64,000 nucleotides of DNA. It comes from Minisyncoccia bacterium. GTDB lineage: Bacteria; Patescibacteriota; Minisyncoccia; Phycocordibacterales; PALSA-1337. The translations under genes and the position numbers were made by a program. Location of the stretch: positions 79,827 through 143,826 of the forward strand of contig JBGAUV010000001.1 of NCBI GenBank assembly GCA_044228445.1, read 5' to 3'. Shown here one piece after another: positions 36,516 through 45,631 of the stretch. Below the pieces are notes generated by a model. That model was not told where the DNA came from, did no database searches, and saw only the letters and a list, made by a program, of their open reading frames with translations. Position 1 is the first letter of the stretch, and each line of letters begins with the position of its first letter.

Positions 36516-38363
36516 ATGGCAAGCAGAAAACCGGCACGACAGGGCAAAAATAAAAAGGTTGTAAAAAAGTTAGATAAGAAAAAAGAAAAGAAAGTCGAAG
36601 TAAAAAACAGCCAAAAAAAAGTTGTGGTAAAGAATAAAAAGATAAACCACAAGTATATTTTTGTCATCGGTGGAGTAATGTCAGGAGTAGGAAAGGGAAT
36701 AGCAACATCATCTATAGGTACATTACTCAATGCAAAAGGTTTCAAAGTTAATCTCGTAAAGGTAGATCCATATTTAAATGTTGATGCAGGAACAATGAAC
36801 CCTACAGAACATGGGGAAGTTTTTGTACTTGATTCTGGTCTTGAAACTGATCAAGATATGGGAAATTATGAAAGATTTTTAAATAGAGACCTTACTCCTG
36901 GAGACTATATAACTAGCGGTATGGTATACAAAGCCGTTATAGATAGAGAAAGAAATCTGGGTTATGGAGGTAAATGTGTTGAAGCAGTTCCACATATTAG
37001 AGATGAAATTGTCGCTAGATTTGAAAATTCAGCAAAAATAAATAAATCAGATATAACTATAGTTGAAATAGGTGGAACAGTAGGAGATTATCAAAATATA
37101 ATGTTCATAGAAGCGGCGAGAGTGCTAAAGATTCGTCACCCAGATGATTGTATATTTATTATGGTTAGCTATCTTCCAATACCAGGAAAGATAGGAGAAA
37201 TGAAATCAAGACCTACACAACATGCTGTAAGGCAATTGGCTGGATATGGAGTGCATACTGATATTATAATTGCTCGTTCAGAACTACCAGTTGATGAAAA
37301 GAGAAAAGAAAAAATAGCAGTTTCATGCAATATCTTACCCGAAAATGTTATTTCAGCTCCAGATATAGATAGTGTTTATGATGTTCCATTAAATTTTGAA
37401 AAAGATAAACTAGGTAAAATAATATTAAAATCTTTAAGAATTGATGATGTTCAAGGTGGTGAGGGTCTAGGTGAATGGTCAAAGTTTGCAAAAGGAATAA
37501 AGAACCATAAAGACATACTAGATATAGCAATAGTAGGAAAGTATTTTAATACAGGAGACTTTGTGCTTACTGATTCATATCTTTCAGTTATAGAATCAAT
37601 AAAGTATTCAGCAAATCTCCATAAAACAAAAGTAAAAATATCAACAATAAATGCTAGAGATTTTGAAAAAGAAAATCCTGATTATTCAGAATTAAATAAA
37701 TACGATGGAATAATAGTTCCTGGAGGATTTGGAGAAACAGGAATAGAAGGAAAGTTAAATGTAATAAGATATTGTAGAGAAAATAAACTTCCATACTTTG
37801 GTTTGTGTTACGGTATGCAACTTATGACTATAGAATATGCTCGAAATGTACTAGGTCTACAAGGTGCTCATACAGCTGAAATAAATCCAAATGCTCCACA
37901 TCTAGTAATAGATATAATGCCTGATCAAAAGAAAAAGATGGAAGAAAAAAACTATGGTGGTTCTATGAGACTAGGGCTTTATCCAACAAAACTTTATCCA
38001 AATACAATTGCCAGACAAGCATATGGTGTGCCAAGTATAAAAGAAAGACATAGACACCGCTATGAAGTTAATCCTAGTTATATAGAAAAAATAGAAAAAG
38101 GAGGTCTGGTTTTCTCAGGAAAATCACCAGATGAAACACTAATGGAAATAGCAGAACTACCTCGTGAAGTACACCCATTTTTCCTAGGAACACAATTTCA
38201 CCCAGAATTCCTTGCAAGACCATTGCGTCCACATCCACTTTTCAGTGAATTTATTAAAGCAAGTAAAGAGAATAGAAAAATAAAAGATAAAAAAGAAATA
38301 GAAAAGAATCAGGGACAAGTTGTGGTAGATAGAGAAGAGAGTGATCTAGTAGTGGGGGAGTAA
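36516..38363 (+). CDS. pyrG: CTP synthase with 46-aa lysine-rich N-terminal extension
   Basis: The PyrG core from YIFVIGGVMSGVGKGIATSSIG through the glutamine amidotransferase domain (GLCYGMQ, HPEF) is collinear with E. coli PyrG. The extension is MASRKPARQGKNKKVVKKLDKKKEKKVEVKNSQKKVVVKNKKINHK (about 50% Lys). It precedes the core with no internal ATG, GTG or TTG. Confidence 0.9.
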   Translation: MASRKPARQGKNKKVVKKLDKKKEKKVEVKNSQKKVVVKNKKINHKYIFVIGGVMSGVGKGIATSSIGTLLNAKGFKVNLVKVDPYLNVDAGTMNPTEHGEVFVLDSGLETDQDMGNYERFLNRDLTPGDYITSGMVYKAVIDRERNLGYGGKCVEAVPHIRDEIVARFENSAKINKSDITIVEIGGTVGDYQNIMFIEAARVLKIRHPDDCIFIMVSYLPIPGKIGEMKSRPTQHAVRQLAGYGVHTDIIIARSELPVDEKRKEKIAVSCNILPENVISAPDIDSVYDVPLNFEKDKLGKIILKSLRIDDVQGGEGLGEWSKFAKGIKNHKDILDIAIVGKYFNTGDFVLTDSYLSVIESIKYSANLHKTKVKISTINARDFEKENPDYSELNKYDGIIVPGGFGETGIEGKLNVIRYCRENKLPYFGLCYGMQLMTIEYARNVLGLQGAHTAEINPNAPHLVIDIMPDQKKKMEEKNYGGSMRLGLYPTKLYPNTIARQAYGVPSIKERHRHRYEVNPSYIEKIEKGGLVFSGKSPDETLMEIAELPREVHPFFLGTQFHPEFLARPLRPHPLFSEFIKASKENRKIKDKKEIEKNQGQVVVDREESDLVVGE

Positions 38364-38365
38364 AA

Positions 38366-38905
38366 ATGGAAAATATAATAATAACAACACCAAAAGTTGA
38401 GGATGTGTGGGGTATACAAAATGTATACTATGAGTCATGGTTAGCTACCTATCCAAATGAACAATATAAAATAACAGTAGATGATATAGAAGATAATTTT
38501 AAAGATTCATTTACAGAAGAAACTTTAAATAAAAGAAGACAAGCAATACTAAACCCAGACCCAGATTCAAAATTAAAAGTCTTAATAGCTAAACATGATG
38601 ATAAGGTTGTCGGTGTTTGTAGAGTTGAGTTATTACCAGAGAAAAATCAATTAAGAACCATATACCTTTTACCTGAATATTTTGGTAAAGGAATAGGTAC
38701 AAAACTATGGAATGAAATAAAAAAGTTTTGTGATCCTAATAAACCTACATATGTTGAGGTTGTTGAATATAACGATCAAGCAATAAATTTTTATAAAAAA
38801 CTAGGTTTTGTTGAAACAGGAAAAAAGTTTTCTGATGAAAGATTTAGAATGAAAAGTGGTTCAATCTTTCCAGAAATAGAAATGGTATTAAAAGTAAAGG
38901 AATAA
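38366..38905 (+). CDS. GNAT-family N-acetyltransferase
   Basis: Motif A VGVCRVELLP...YLLPEYFGKGIGTKLW (Q/RxxGxG/A) and the C-terminal YKKLGF motif. 179 aa. It starts 3 nt after the pyrG stop. Confidence 0.75.
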   Translation: MENIIITTPKVEDVWGIQNVYYESWLATYPNEQYKITVDDIEDNFKDSFTEETLNKRRQAILNPDPDSKLKVLIAKHDDKVVGVCRVELLPEKNQLRTIYLLPEYFGKGIGTKLWNEIKKFCDPNKPTYVEVVEYNDQAINFYKKLGFVETGKKFSDERFRMKSGSIFPEIEMVLKVKE

Positions 38906-39159
38906 AATAAAAAATAGAAAAGGCTGGAGCCATAGGAAGCAATGCCTCCGTTAGGAATCCAACCTTCGCCTTGAGTCGAGGACCAAGCCCAAAAACTCAA
39001 GATCTAACGTTCAATCCGTTCGTACGCACCAGATTGAAAGTCATAGTCCTTCCATACGGCCTTTCGGCTCATGGGTAGACGGTGGTTATATTATAATAAA
39101 TGAAATTTAATTGCAATGTGTCTTGAATATTATGCTTTTTTAGCGTATTTTGTATGTAT

Positions 39160-39233
39160 TGCGGGATCATCTAATGGTAGGATGCAGCTCTCTGAAAGCT
39201 GTCATCTTGGTTCGAATCCAAGTCCCGCAGCCA
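39160..39233 (+). tRNA. tRNA-Gln (anticodon CUG), CCA encoded
   Basis: Hand-folded. U1-A72 acceptor TGCGGGA/TCCCGCA is characteristic of bacterial tRNA-Gln. D-arm is ATCT-AATGGTA-GGAT. Anticodon stem CAGCT/AGCTG carries loop CTCTGAA. T-arm is CTTGG-TTCGAAT-CCAAG. Discriminator is G, then CCA. Confidence 0.9.
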
Positions 39234-39270
39234 AGTAAATTATTTTTTTGTTTTTAATATATTTAAATAA

Positions 39271-39882
39271 ATGTGTCGTATTGTAAAAAATAAACTGGAA
39301 GAACTAGTGAAAAATAAAAAGCTTTCCGAAGCAGAAGTACTTTATTTTATAGTCCACTTAGGAAAAATTATTGAAGAGACTAACATAAAAGATGAATATG
39401 ATTTAATCAAATTTTATAGAAATTGGTGCTGTTACTCTTGTATTACAAAAGACACACATAATATTTTTATAAGAACAAAAGAAACAATTAAAGATGATGA
39501 AGATAATAAAATCTATAATACTGATAAAAAGTACGAATTTATTCAAGAAAAAGTTAATTTTATGGAAAAAATTCAAGTTAATATTGAAAATGAATTAAAC
39601 AAATATTCCTTTGATAATTTAAAACTTGAAATTGAAAAATTTTGTTCAGAAAAATTAAGAAATCCAATTGAATTTGAATGGAAGGTTTTTTTTGAAAAAT
39701 TATCTGAAATAATAATTCATACACCACTTATAATTAAGAATGAATCAAACAATCTCTTAAAAATTGAATTAAAAAAAGTTTCTGGCCTAGGAATATTTGA
39801 TGGTATTCAAGTTTCAATAATTTTAGAAAATAACAACGTTGCAAGTTATGGAGGGAAAATGGATAAAATATTCGGTTACTAA
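39271..39882 (+). CDS. Hypothetical protein (203 aa), first gene downstream of tRNA-Gln
   Basis: Very AT-rich ORF with no recognisable motif. It contains CCYSC. Confidence 0.4.
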   Translation: MCRIVKNKLEELVKNKKLSEAEVLYFIVHLGKIIEETNIKDEYDLIKFYRNWCCYSCITKDTHNIFIRTKETIKDDEDNKIYNTDKKYEFIQEKVNFMEKIQVNIENELNKYSFDNLKLEIEKFCSEKLRNPIEFEWKVFFEKLSEIIIHTPLIIKNESNNLLKIELKKVSGLGIFDGIQVSIILENNNVASYGGKMDKIFGY

Positions 39883-39948
39883 TAATTTTGTAGTAATACA
39901 TAAAAATAATAGGGTCAAAAGTATAAAAAGTGTTAAAATAAGTAAATA

Positions 39949-40506
39949 ATGAATACTAAAGAAATTGAATGTAGATTTTTAGAAATAGATAAACAAGCAT
40001 TGATAAAAAAGCTTATTGAACTTGGAGCAAATGATGAGGGTGAGATAATGCTAGAGGAAACAATTATATATGATCCAGAAGGTAATTGGAGAAATGATAA
40101 TAGATTTGTTCGCTTAAGAAAAGTTGGTAATAAAACCAAACTAACTTACAAGGAGCATAGAGAACATACTGTTGATGGTACTTATGAGATTGAGTTTGGT
40201 ATTGATGATTATAAAAAAGCTGAACTACTTTTTGAAAAGATTGGATTAAAACCTTTTCGACGCCAGCAGAAAAAGCGTCATACCTTTAAGTTTAATGGAG
40301 TAACTTTTGATATTGATACATGGCCACGAATCCCTACATATGTAGAGTTAGAAGGGGAATCAGAACAAGATCTAAAACATGCTGCAAAATTGGTCGGTCT
40401 TGATTGGAAGGATGTAATTTTTAATAATGCAAGCTGGGTTATTGAGAATAAATACAACATTCCAGTTAGACAATTAAAATGGTTTACATTTGATAGATTC
40501 GAATAA
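39949..40506 (+). CDS. CYTH-domain protein (CyaB/triphosphate-tunnel metalloenzyme family), paralog 1
   Basis: 185 aa. The N-terminal EIECRF is a variant of the ExExK motif. The length, central RLR and C-terminal acidic strand fit the CYTH fold. It is paralogous to ORF 43977-44567. Confidence 0.65.
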   Translation: MNTKEIECRFLEIDKQALIKKLIELGANDEGEIMLEETIIYDPEGNWRNDNRFVRLRKVGNKTKLTYKEHREHTVDGTYEIEFGIDDYKKAELLFEKIGLKPFRRQQKKRHTFKFNGVTFDIDTWPRIPTYVELEGESEQDLKHAAKLVGLDWKDVIFNNASWVIENKYNIPVRQLKWFTFDRFE

Positions 40507-40558
40507 TTAAATATTTTTTAGAGTTTTACAAATTAACCCTATAAGCTACAATCATAAT

Positions 40559-40993
40559 ATGAATTCTATAAGTCCAATAAGTAAACAGTTCTTGGCTGTT
40601 CGTGCTGTAATCGAAAAGGACAATAAGGTTCTTGTTATTAGAGAAGCAACAAAATATCTTGGTGGTACTAATCATGGTAAATACGATTTTCCTGGAGGTA
40701 AAATCAAGGCTGGAGAAGAAATTCATGAAGCCCTAATAAGAGAAATAAAAGAAGAAATTGGAGTAAAGATAAAGATATTAAATCCGTTCTTTGTTGATGA
40801 GTGGAGACCAATTATTAAACTAGAACAAATTCAAATTATAGGAATATTTTTTAAATGTGAATTGATTGATGATGAAAAGATTAAACTTAGTGATGATCAT
40901 GATGATTATAAATGGGTTGATAAAGAAAATTATTATAAATTACCATTAATAGAAGCTACACGTAGGGCTTTGGATGAATTTTACTCAAAATGA
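40559..40993 (+). CDS. NUDIX hydrolase
   Basis: Nudix box GGKIKAGEEIHEALIREIKEEIGV (Gx5Ex7REUxEExGU). 144 aa. It overlaps the next gene by 4 nt (ATGA). Confidence 0.85.
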   Translation: MNSISPISKQFLAVRAVIEKDNKVLVIREATKYLGGTNHGKYDFPGGKIKAGEEIHEALIREIKEEIGVKIKILNPFFVDEWRPIIKLEQIQIIGIFFKCELIDDEKIKLSDDHDDYKWVDKENYYKLPLIEATRRALDEFYSK

Positions 40994-41694
40994 ATGGGAT
41001 TATCATTACAGGTTTGACTGGATCAGGTAAAACGCAAATTGCTTTTGAGCTTGCTCGCAAGATAAATGGGGAAGTCATAAACCTTGATCGCACCTTTACA
41101 TGGAAATATTTTCCTTTAAGTTCAGGTATGTCAGATGTTAAAGAGGAAAAAGGTGTAGAAAAGCATCTTTATGAATTTTTAGAGCCCAGTGAAGAACTCA
41201 TTCCTAATGATGAGTATGCATTAATGGTTATTGATAAAGCCAAAGAAATTATTTCTCGAGGCAAGGTTCCTATTGTAGAAGGAGGTTCACCAAAGTATTT
41301 TAAAGATCTTTATGTGAAAAATATTTCAGTTAAACTCTTTGATCCGATGGTATACCTTACCTATCCTAAGTTAGTTGATATAGAAAGAAAGATACTTAAT
41401 AGAATTGAAAGAACCATACAACTTGGTCTCATAGAAGAGATAAAAACAAATCTTAATAAGTATAGGAATACTCAGTTCATGAAAGAGGGTAAATTTGTTG
41501 TGCCTATTATAAATTATCTTGATGGAATTATTGATTTAAATAAAGCAAAAAAAGATATGGTTAATGGCGCCATAGATCTAATTGCTTACCAAAAAGATGA
41601 ATTTTCTAAGTATCCAGATTTGATTAATATTGAGAATAAAAATCCAGAAGAAAGTCTGTGTGAAATTATTAAGTTGTGGAATAGGATTGGTTAA
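40990..41694 (+). CDS. IPT/MiaA-family P-loop protein (tRNA dimethylallyltransferase-like, lacking the C-terminal tRNA-binding region)
   Basis: IIITGLTGSGKTQIAFELARKINGEVINLDRTF...GKVPIVEGGSPKYFKDL is collinear with the MiaA N-terminal region (GPTASGKT..LA..L.GEIIS.DS.QVY...RGK.P.LVGGT.LY.KAL). It is 234 aa against about 310 for MiaA. Confidence 0.55.
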   Translation: MNGIIITGLTGSGKTQIAFELARKINGEVINLDRTFTWKYFPLSSGMSDVKEEKGVEKHLYEFLEPSEELIPNDEYALMVIDKAKEIISRGKVPIVEGGSPKYFKDLYVKNISVKLFDPMVYLTYPKLVDIERKILNRIERTIQLGLIEEIKTNLNKYRNTQFMKEGKFVVPIINYLDGIIDLNKAKKDMVNGAIDLIAYQKDEFSKYPDLINIENKNPEESLCEIIKLWNRIG

Positions 41695-41799
41695 TTTTAG
41701 TAATTCTATTTTAGGTACTTTAACGAACTAGCTTTCATCAAAAAAGTAAGATTTTTTATTTAGCTATCTCTCATCTGGTAACCCTGCTATACTTTTAAA

Positions 41800-42333
41800 A
41801 TGAAACAAGAATTAAAAGACAAAATAGACTTAGCCAAAGCTTTTGCTGAGAGAAAATTTAAGGAATCTAATATAAACAATCATTATCTCGAAGTTTTTGA
41901 TATTTTAAGAAATGATTCTAAGATTGATGATGCGGATACTCTAATAGCCGGATTACTTCACGATACTATTGAAGATACAAATACAAGTTATGAAGAAATT
42001 GATAAGACTTTTGGTAAAAATGTAGCAAATATGGTTGATGAGGTTTCTCACCCAAAAAATTATAATACAGAACAGAAGAAAGAATATTATGAAAAAATAA
42101 AGCATATTTCTTGGGGAGGGAAGATGATAAAGTTGGCTGATTTTAAATCTCACCTTAAAAACTTTATCGGTGCATTTAAAGGTGAAAATAATTTAAAGAA
42201 ATTTACACATAATGAATATTGTTTATACATTCGTAGTTTTTTACTAAGTTGTGATAATTCTTTAGCAAAAGATGAAGTAACTAAGTTAAATGATCAATTA
42301 GATAATTTTATTTTAAATAATATCCAAAAATAA
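41800..42333 (+). CDS. HD-domain small alarmone hydrolase (RelA/SpoT hydrolase-domain-only protein, Mesh1-like)
   Basis: AGLLHDTIEDTNTSYEEIDKTFGKNVANMVDEVSH matches the (p)ppGpp hydrolase HD motif of RelA/SpoT (LLHDVVEDT..T.EEI...FG..VA.LVDGVTK). 177 aa with no synthetase domain. Confidence 0.65.
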   Translation: MKQELKDKIDLAKAFAERKFKESNINNHYLEVFDILRNDSKIDDADTLIAGLLHDTIEDTNTSYEEIDKTFGKNVANMVDEVSHPKNYNTEQKKEYYEKIKHISWGGKMIKLADFKSHLKNFIGAFKGENNLKKFTHNEYCLYIRSFLLSCDNSLAKDEVTKLNDQLDNFILNNIQK

Positions 42334-42376
42334 ATAACCTTTTAAAAACCTTAAAACATGATACGATGGAAAATAT

Positions 42377-43022
42377 ATGAAAAGACAAAATCACTATAGA
42401 GATATTCTTAACTATGTATCAGAATTTCAAATAAAGGCTCAAAATATAAAGCGATTCGAAGGCAATTCTTATGTTAATGGTGATAATATAGCAGAACATC
42501 TTTCTCGATTAACAAGACTGCTTATATCTATTGCTCCACAAATTAAAAAAGAATTTCCTGATCAAAACAATATTATAGAAGAAATTCTAGTTACACTTCT
42601 TATACATGATGACGATGAAGTGATTGATGGTTTTGATATTCCAACTGCACTAAAAGTTCATAATGTGAAAGATAAAGAAGAAATAGTTAAATTCGAACAT
42701 TCAGTCTCTACTTTAGGAGAAGAAGGAAAGAATTATCTAGTTCCACTTTTTACTTCATTTAGAAATAAAGATACTTTGATAGCAAAGATAGCAAAAGCAC
42801 TCGATAATATTTCGGGTAATCAATTGGTTATAGAGCAGAGGTATTTCAAAAACAATCGATAATGTTATTGATGCTCAAATTGAACAAATTGTTGAGTATC
42901 GTAAACAAGCGTTATTAAATATTAAAAGTTTTCCAGAAAATGCCGAGAGACTTTTAAAAATTGATATTTTAAATCATAAGCTTGATAAATCAAAGATTAA
43001 CTTACCCCTTGAGCAAATTTAG
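42377..43022 (+). pseudogene. YfbR-like HD-domain 5'-deoxynucleotidase, interrupted by a frameshift near an A5 run (about 42848-42852)
   Basis: The first frame (42377-42862) encodes DNIAEHLSRL...LLIHDDDEVIDGFDIPTALK. This parallels E. coli YfbR (ENVSEHSLQV...AMYHDASEVLTGDLPTPVK). The next frame continues NVIDAQIEQIVEYRKQALLNIKSFPENAERLL... to TAG 43020-43022, matching the YfbR C-terminus. Confidence 0.55.
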
Positions 43023-43028
43023 GATTTT

Positions 43029-43919
43029 ATGGAAAATAAATTTGATAGACAATATTTATCTATAATTAAAAGTGTTTTAGAAGAGGGAACAGAGAGAGTA
43101 ACTAGATCAGGTGCAGGTACGATAAGTATCCATGGTCAAATGATAAAACATGATATGTCTCAAGGTTTCCCCTTAACAACACTTAGATCAATTCCATTTA
43201 GACTAATTGCTTCAGAGCTCGAATGGACTTTAAAAGGCAAGACAGATAAAAAATCACTTAATGAAATGGGTAATCATATTTGGGATAAATTTTGTAATCC
43301 AAAATATGTTAAGAATTTTAAAAATGATCAGGATACGTATGATTTAATGTATAAAGAGAATGATCTTGGACCCATATATGGATTTCAATGGAGACATTTT
43401 GGTGCAGAATATATTGGTCCAGACGAAGAATATAATAATCAAGGATTTGATCAAATACAAAACTTAATAGATATGTTAAATAAAAATACATATTCAAAAA
43501 GACTTATTATTACAAACTGGAATCCTAAAGATATACCAGAAATGGCTGTGCCTTGTTGTCCGTGTATGATTCAACTAATTCGTCATGGCGATAAATTAAA
43601 CCTATCTTTTTTCCAAAGATCAGCTGATTGTATACTCGGTTTACCTTTTGATTTTGCTTTTCATGCTCTATTGTTACATCTTTTTGCTCTACAGACTGGG
43701 TTACAGGCAGGAAGTGTTGTGGGCTTCTTTAACAATATAGAAATATTTAATCAACATATAGAAGGAGCAAAAGAAATATTAAAAAGAAAGCCAAACGAAC
43801 TAGGTACACTGAATACAAAAGATTTTAAAGATATATTTAACTGGAAATTTACAGATACAGAATTATTAAATTATAAACCTAATAGTTCATTGAAGTTTGA
43901 AGTTAATATTTCTAGTTAA
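43029..43919 (+). CDS. thyA: Thymidylate synthase ThyA family (dUMP methyl/hydroxymethyl-transferase)
   Basis: It is collinear with E. coli ThyA: SIIKSVLEEGTERVTRSGAGTISIHGQ, FPLTTLRSIPFRLIASELEW, the active-site PCCPCM (PCH region), and FQRSADCILGLPFDFAFHALLLH. An SD-like AGGA is 6 nt upstream. Confidence 0.85.
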   Translation: MENKFDRQYLSIIKSVLEEGTERVTRSGAGTISIHGQMIKHDMSQGFPLTTLRSIPFRLIASELEWTLKGKTDKKSLNEMGNHIWDKFCNPKYVKNFKNDQDTYDLMYKENDLGPIYGFQWRHFGAEYIGPDEEYNNQGFDQIQNLIDMLNKNTYSKRLIITNWNPKDIPEMAVPCCPCMIQLIRHGDKLNLSFFQRSADCILGLPFDFAFHALLLHLFALQTGLQAGSVVGFFNNIEIFNQHIEGAKEILKRKPNELGTLNTKDFKDIFNWKFTDTELLNYKPNSSLKFEVNISS

Positions 43920-43976
43920 AATTAAAAATTATATTAAAACTTATGCTAATATAAAGCGAATAAAGTAAAAATAAAT

Positions 43977-44567
43977 ATGCTAAAACAAAAAGAAGAAATC
44001 GAGGTGAAGTATTTAGAAATTAATAAACAAGACATTGAGAAAAAACTCAATGAAATTGGCGCTATTAAAATAGGGGATTTCTTTTTAAGACATATATCTT
44101 TTGATTATCCTGACTATCGCTTGGATAAGGACAATAGCTGGATAAGACTCAGGGATGAACAGAAACAAGTAATTTTGGCATATAAGAAAAGAATGGGTGT
44201 AAGTTCACAAGATGGAAGTATAAATGATGAAGGTATGTTAGAAACAGAAGTAAAGGTTGATTCTTATGATAATACAAGAGTCTTTTTGAAGAATATAGGT
44301 CTAATTGAAAAACACGGTGAAGCACAAAAGAAAAGAACAAAATGGAAAAAAGGAAATATAATTTTCGATATAGATACAATAGCGATGATACCAACTTATA
44401 TAGAAATAGAAGCGCAGAATTTGAATGAAATCGATAAAGTAGCAATAGAGTTAGGATTAAATCCAGAAAAAAGAAAAATTTGTTCTGCAAATCAACTTTA
44501 TAAAATTTATGGAATTAATACTGAGGATTACATAACTATTAATTTTGATGAACAGATAAAGAAATAG
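43977..44567 (+). CDS. CYTH-domain protein, paralog 2
   Basis: 196 aa. The N-terminal EIEVKYLEI is a canonical ExExK. It ends ...DTIAMIPTYIEIEAQ, parallel to paralog 1's DTWPRIPTYVELEGE. Confidence 0.7.
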   Translation: MLKQKEEIEVKYLEINKQDIEKKLNEIGAIKIGDFFLRHISFDYPDYRLDKDNSWIRLRDEQKQVILAYKKRMGVSSQDGSINDEGMLETEVKVDSYDNTRVFLKNIGLIEKHGEAQKKRTKWKKGNIIFDIDTIAMIPTYIEIEAQNLNEIDKVAIELGLNPEKRKICSANQLYKIYGINTEDYITINFDEQIKK

Positions 44568-44590
44568 CTAAAAAATGCTACAATATAAAT

Positions 44591-44986
44591 ATGAAACAAA
44601 TAATTTTGTATTTAATTACTCTATTTACAGTAGTTTTACTTGATATAACATGGTTCAAATTTTCTTCTAGTTTCTATGCAAAAGAGCTAGGTTATATATT
44701 TGGAGAAAAGATGAATTTTATTCCTGCAATTATATTCTATATAATTTATGCTTTTGGAATTTTATACTTTGTAATTAACCCAGTTATAGCAAGTGAAGGG
44801 AGTTATGTAAAAGCTTTGGTTATAGGAGCCTTTTTTGGACTAATTGCTTATGGAACTTATGATTTTACAAATCATGCAACAATAAAAGATTGGCCTATTA
44901 TTGTAACTATTGTAGATATTATTTGGGGAATGTTTGTAACTGGTATCGTAAGCACAATAGTATTTTTTATAGCAAATCGCATTTAG
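44591..44986 (+). CDS. Small 4-TM membrane protein (DUF2177-like)
   Basis: 131 aa with four hydrophobic helices and a YDFTN motif. The family call is from memory only. Confidence 0.4.
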   Translation: MKQIILYLITLFTVVLLDITWFKFSSSFYAKELGYIFGEKMNFIPAIIFYIIYAFGILYFVINPVIASEGSYVKALVIGAFFGLIAYGTYDFTNHATIKDWPIIVTIVDIIWGMFVTGIVSTIVFFIANRI

Positions 44987-45006
44987 ATAGGTGGTATAAT
45001 TAAACT

Positions 45007-45627
45007 ATGATTACTATATATATAACATTAGGAATAATTATTCTCTGGTCTTTATACGGATATTTTTCTTCAAATGTAGAATCAGCACAATATAAGGTTA
45101 TTGAAAAGAAAAAAGGTTATGAAATAAGATTATATTCACCACAGATATTAGCTCAAACAAAAGTGAAAGGGGAATATGATTATGCTTTAAACCAAGGCTT
45201 TCGCATTTTAGCTAAATACATATTTGGAAATAATATAAAAAAAGAAAGTATTGCTATGACAGCACCTGTTGTCGAAGAAAATAGTAAATCAGAAAATATA
45301 GCTATGACAACACCAGTGGTTTCAAGTATCGATGGGGAATATCATACTATAACTTTTAGTATGCCAAAAAAATATAATATAAATAATTTACCAAAACCTA
45401 TAGATAATAGGATAGAGATAATACAAGTTCCAGAAAAGAAAATGGCTGTAAAAAGAATTTCCTTTTTAAGGACATATGATGTAGTTAATAAAAATAAAAA
45501 TATCTTTATTCAACAATTGAAACAAGATAGTATAAAAATAGTAGGGGAAATAAAGTATGCTGGTTACAATGCTCCATGGACTCCACCTTGGATGATTAGA
45601 AATGAAGTTATGGTAGAAGTTATTTAA
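45007..45627 (+). CDS. SOUL/HBP heme-binding family protein with N-terminal anchor
   Basis: YKVIEKKKGYEIRLY...AMTAPVV... (repeated MTxPVV)...ITFSMPKKY...YNAPWTPPWMIRNEVMVEV matches the SOUL (PF04832) pattern. Confidence 0.7.
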   Translation: MITIYITLGIIILWSLYGYFSSNVESAQYKVIEKKKGYEIRLYSPQILAQTKVKGEYDYALNQGFRILAKYIFGNNIKKESIAMTAPVVEENSKSENIAMTTPVVSSIDGEYHTITFSMPKKYNINNLPKPIDNRIEIIQVPEKKMAVKRISFLRTYDVVNKNKNIFIQQLKQDSIKIVGEIKYAGYNAPWTPPWMIRNEVMVEVI

Positions 45628-45631
45628 TTAT

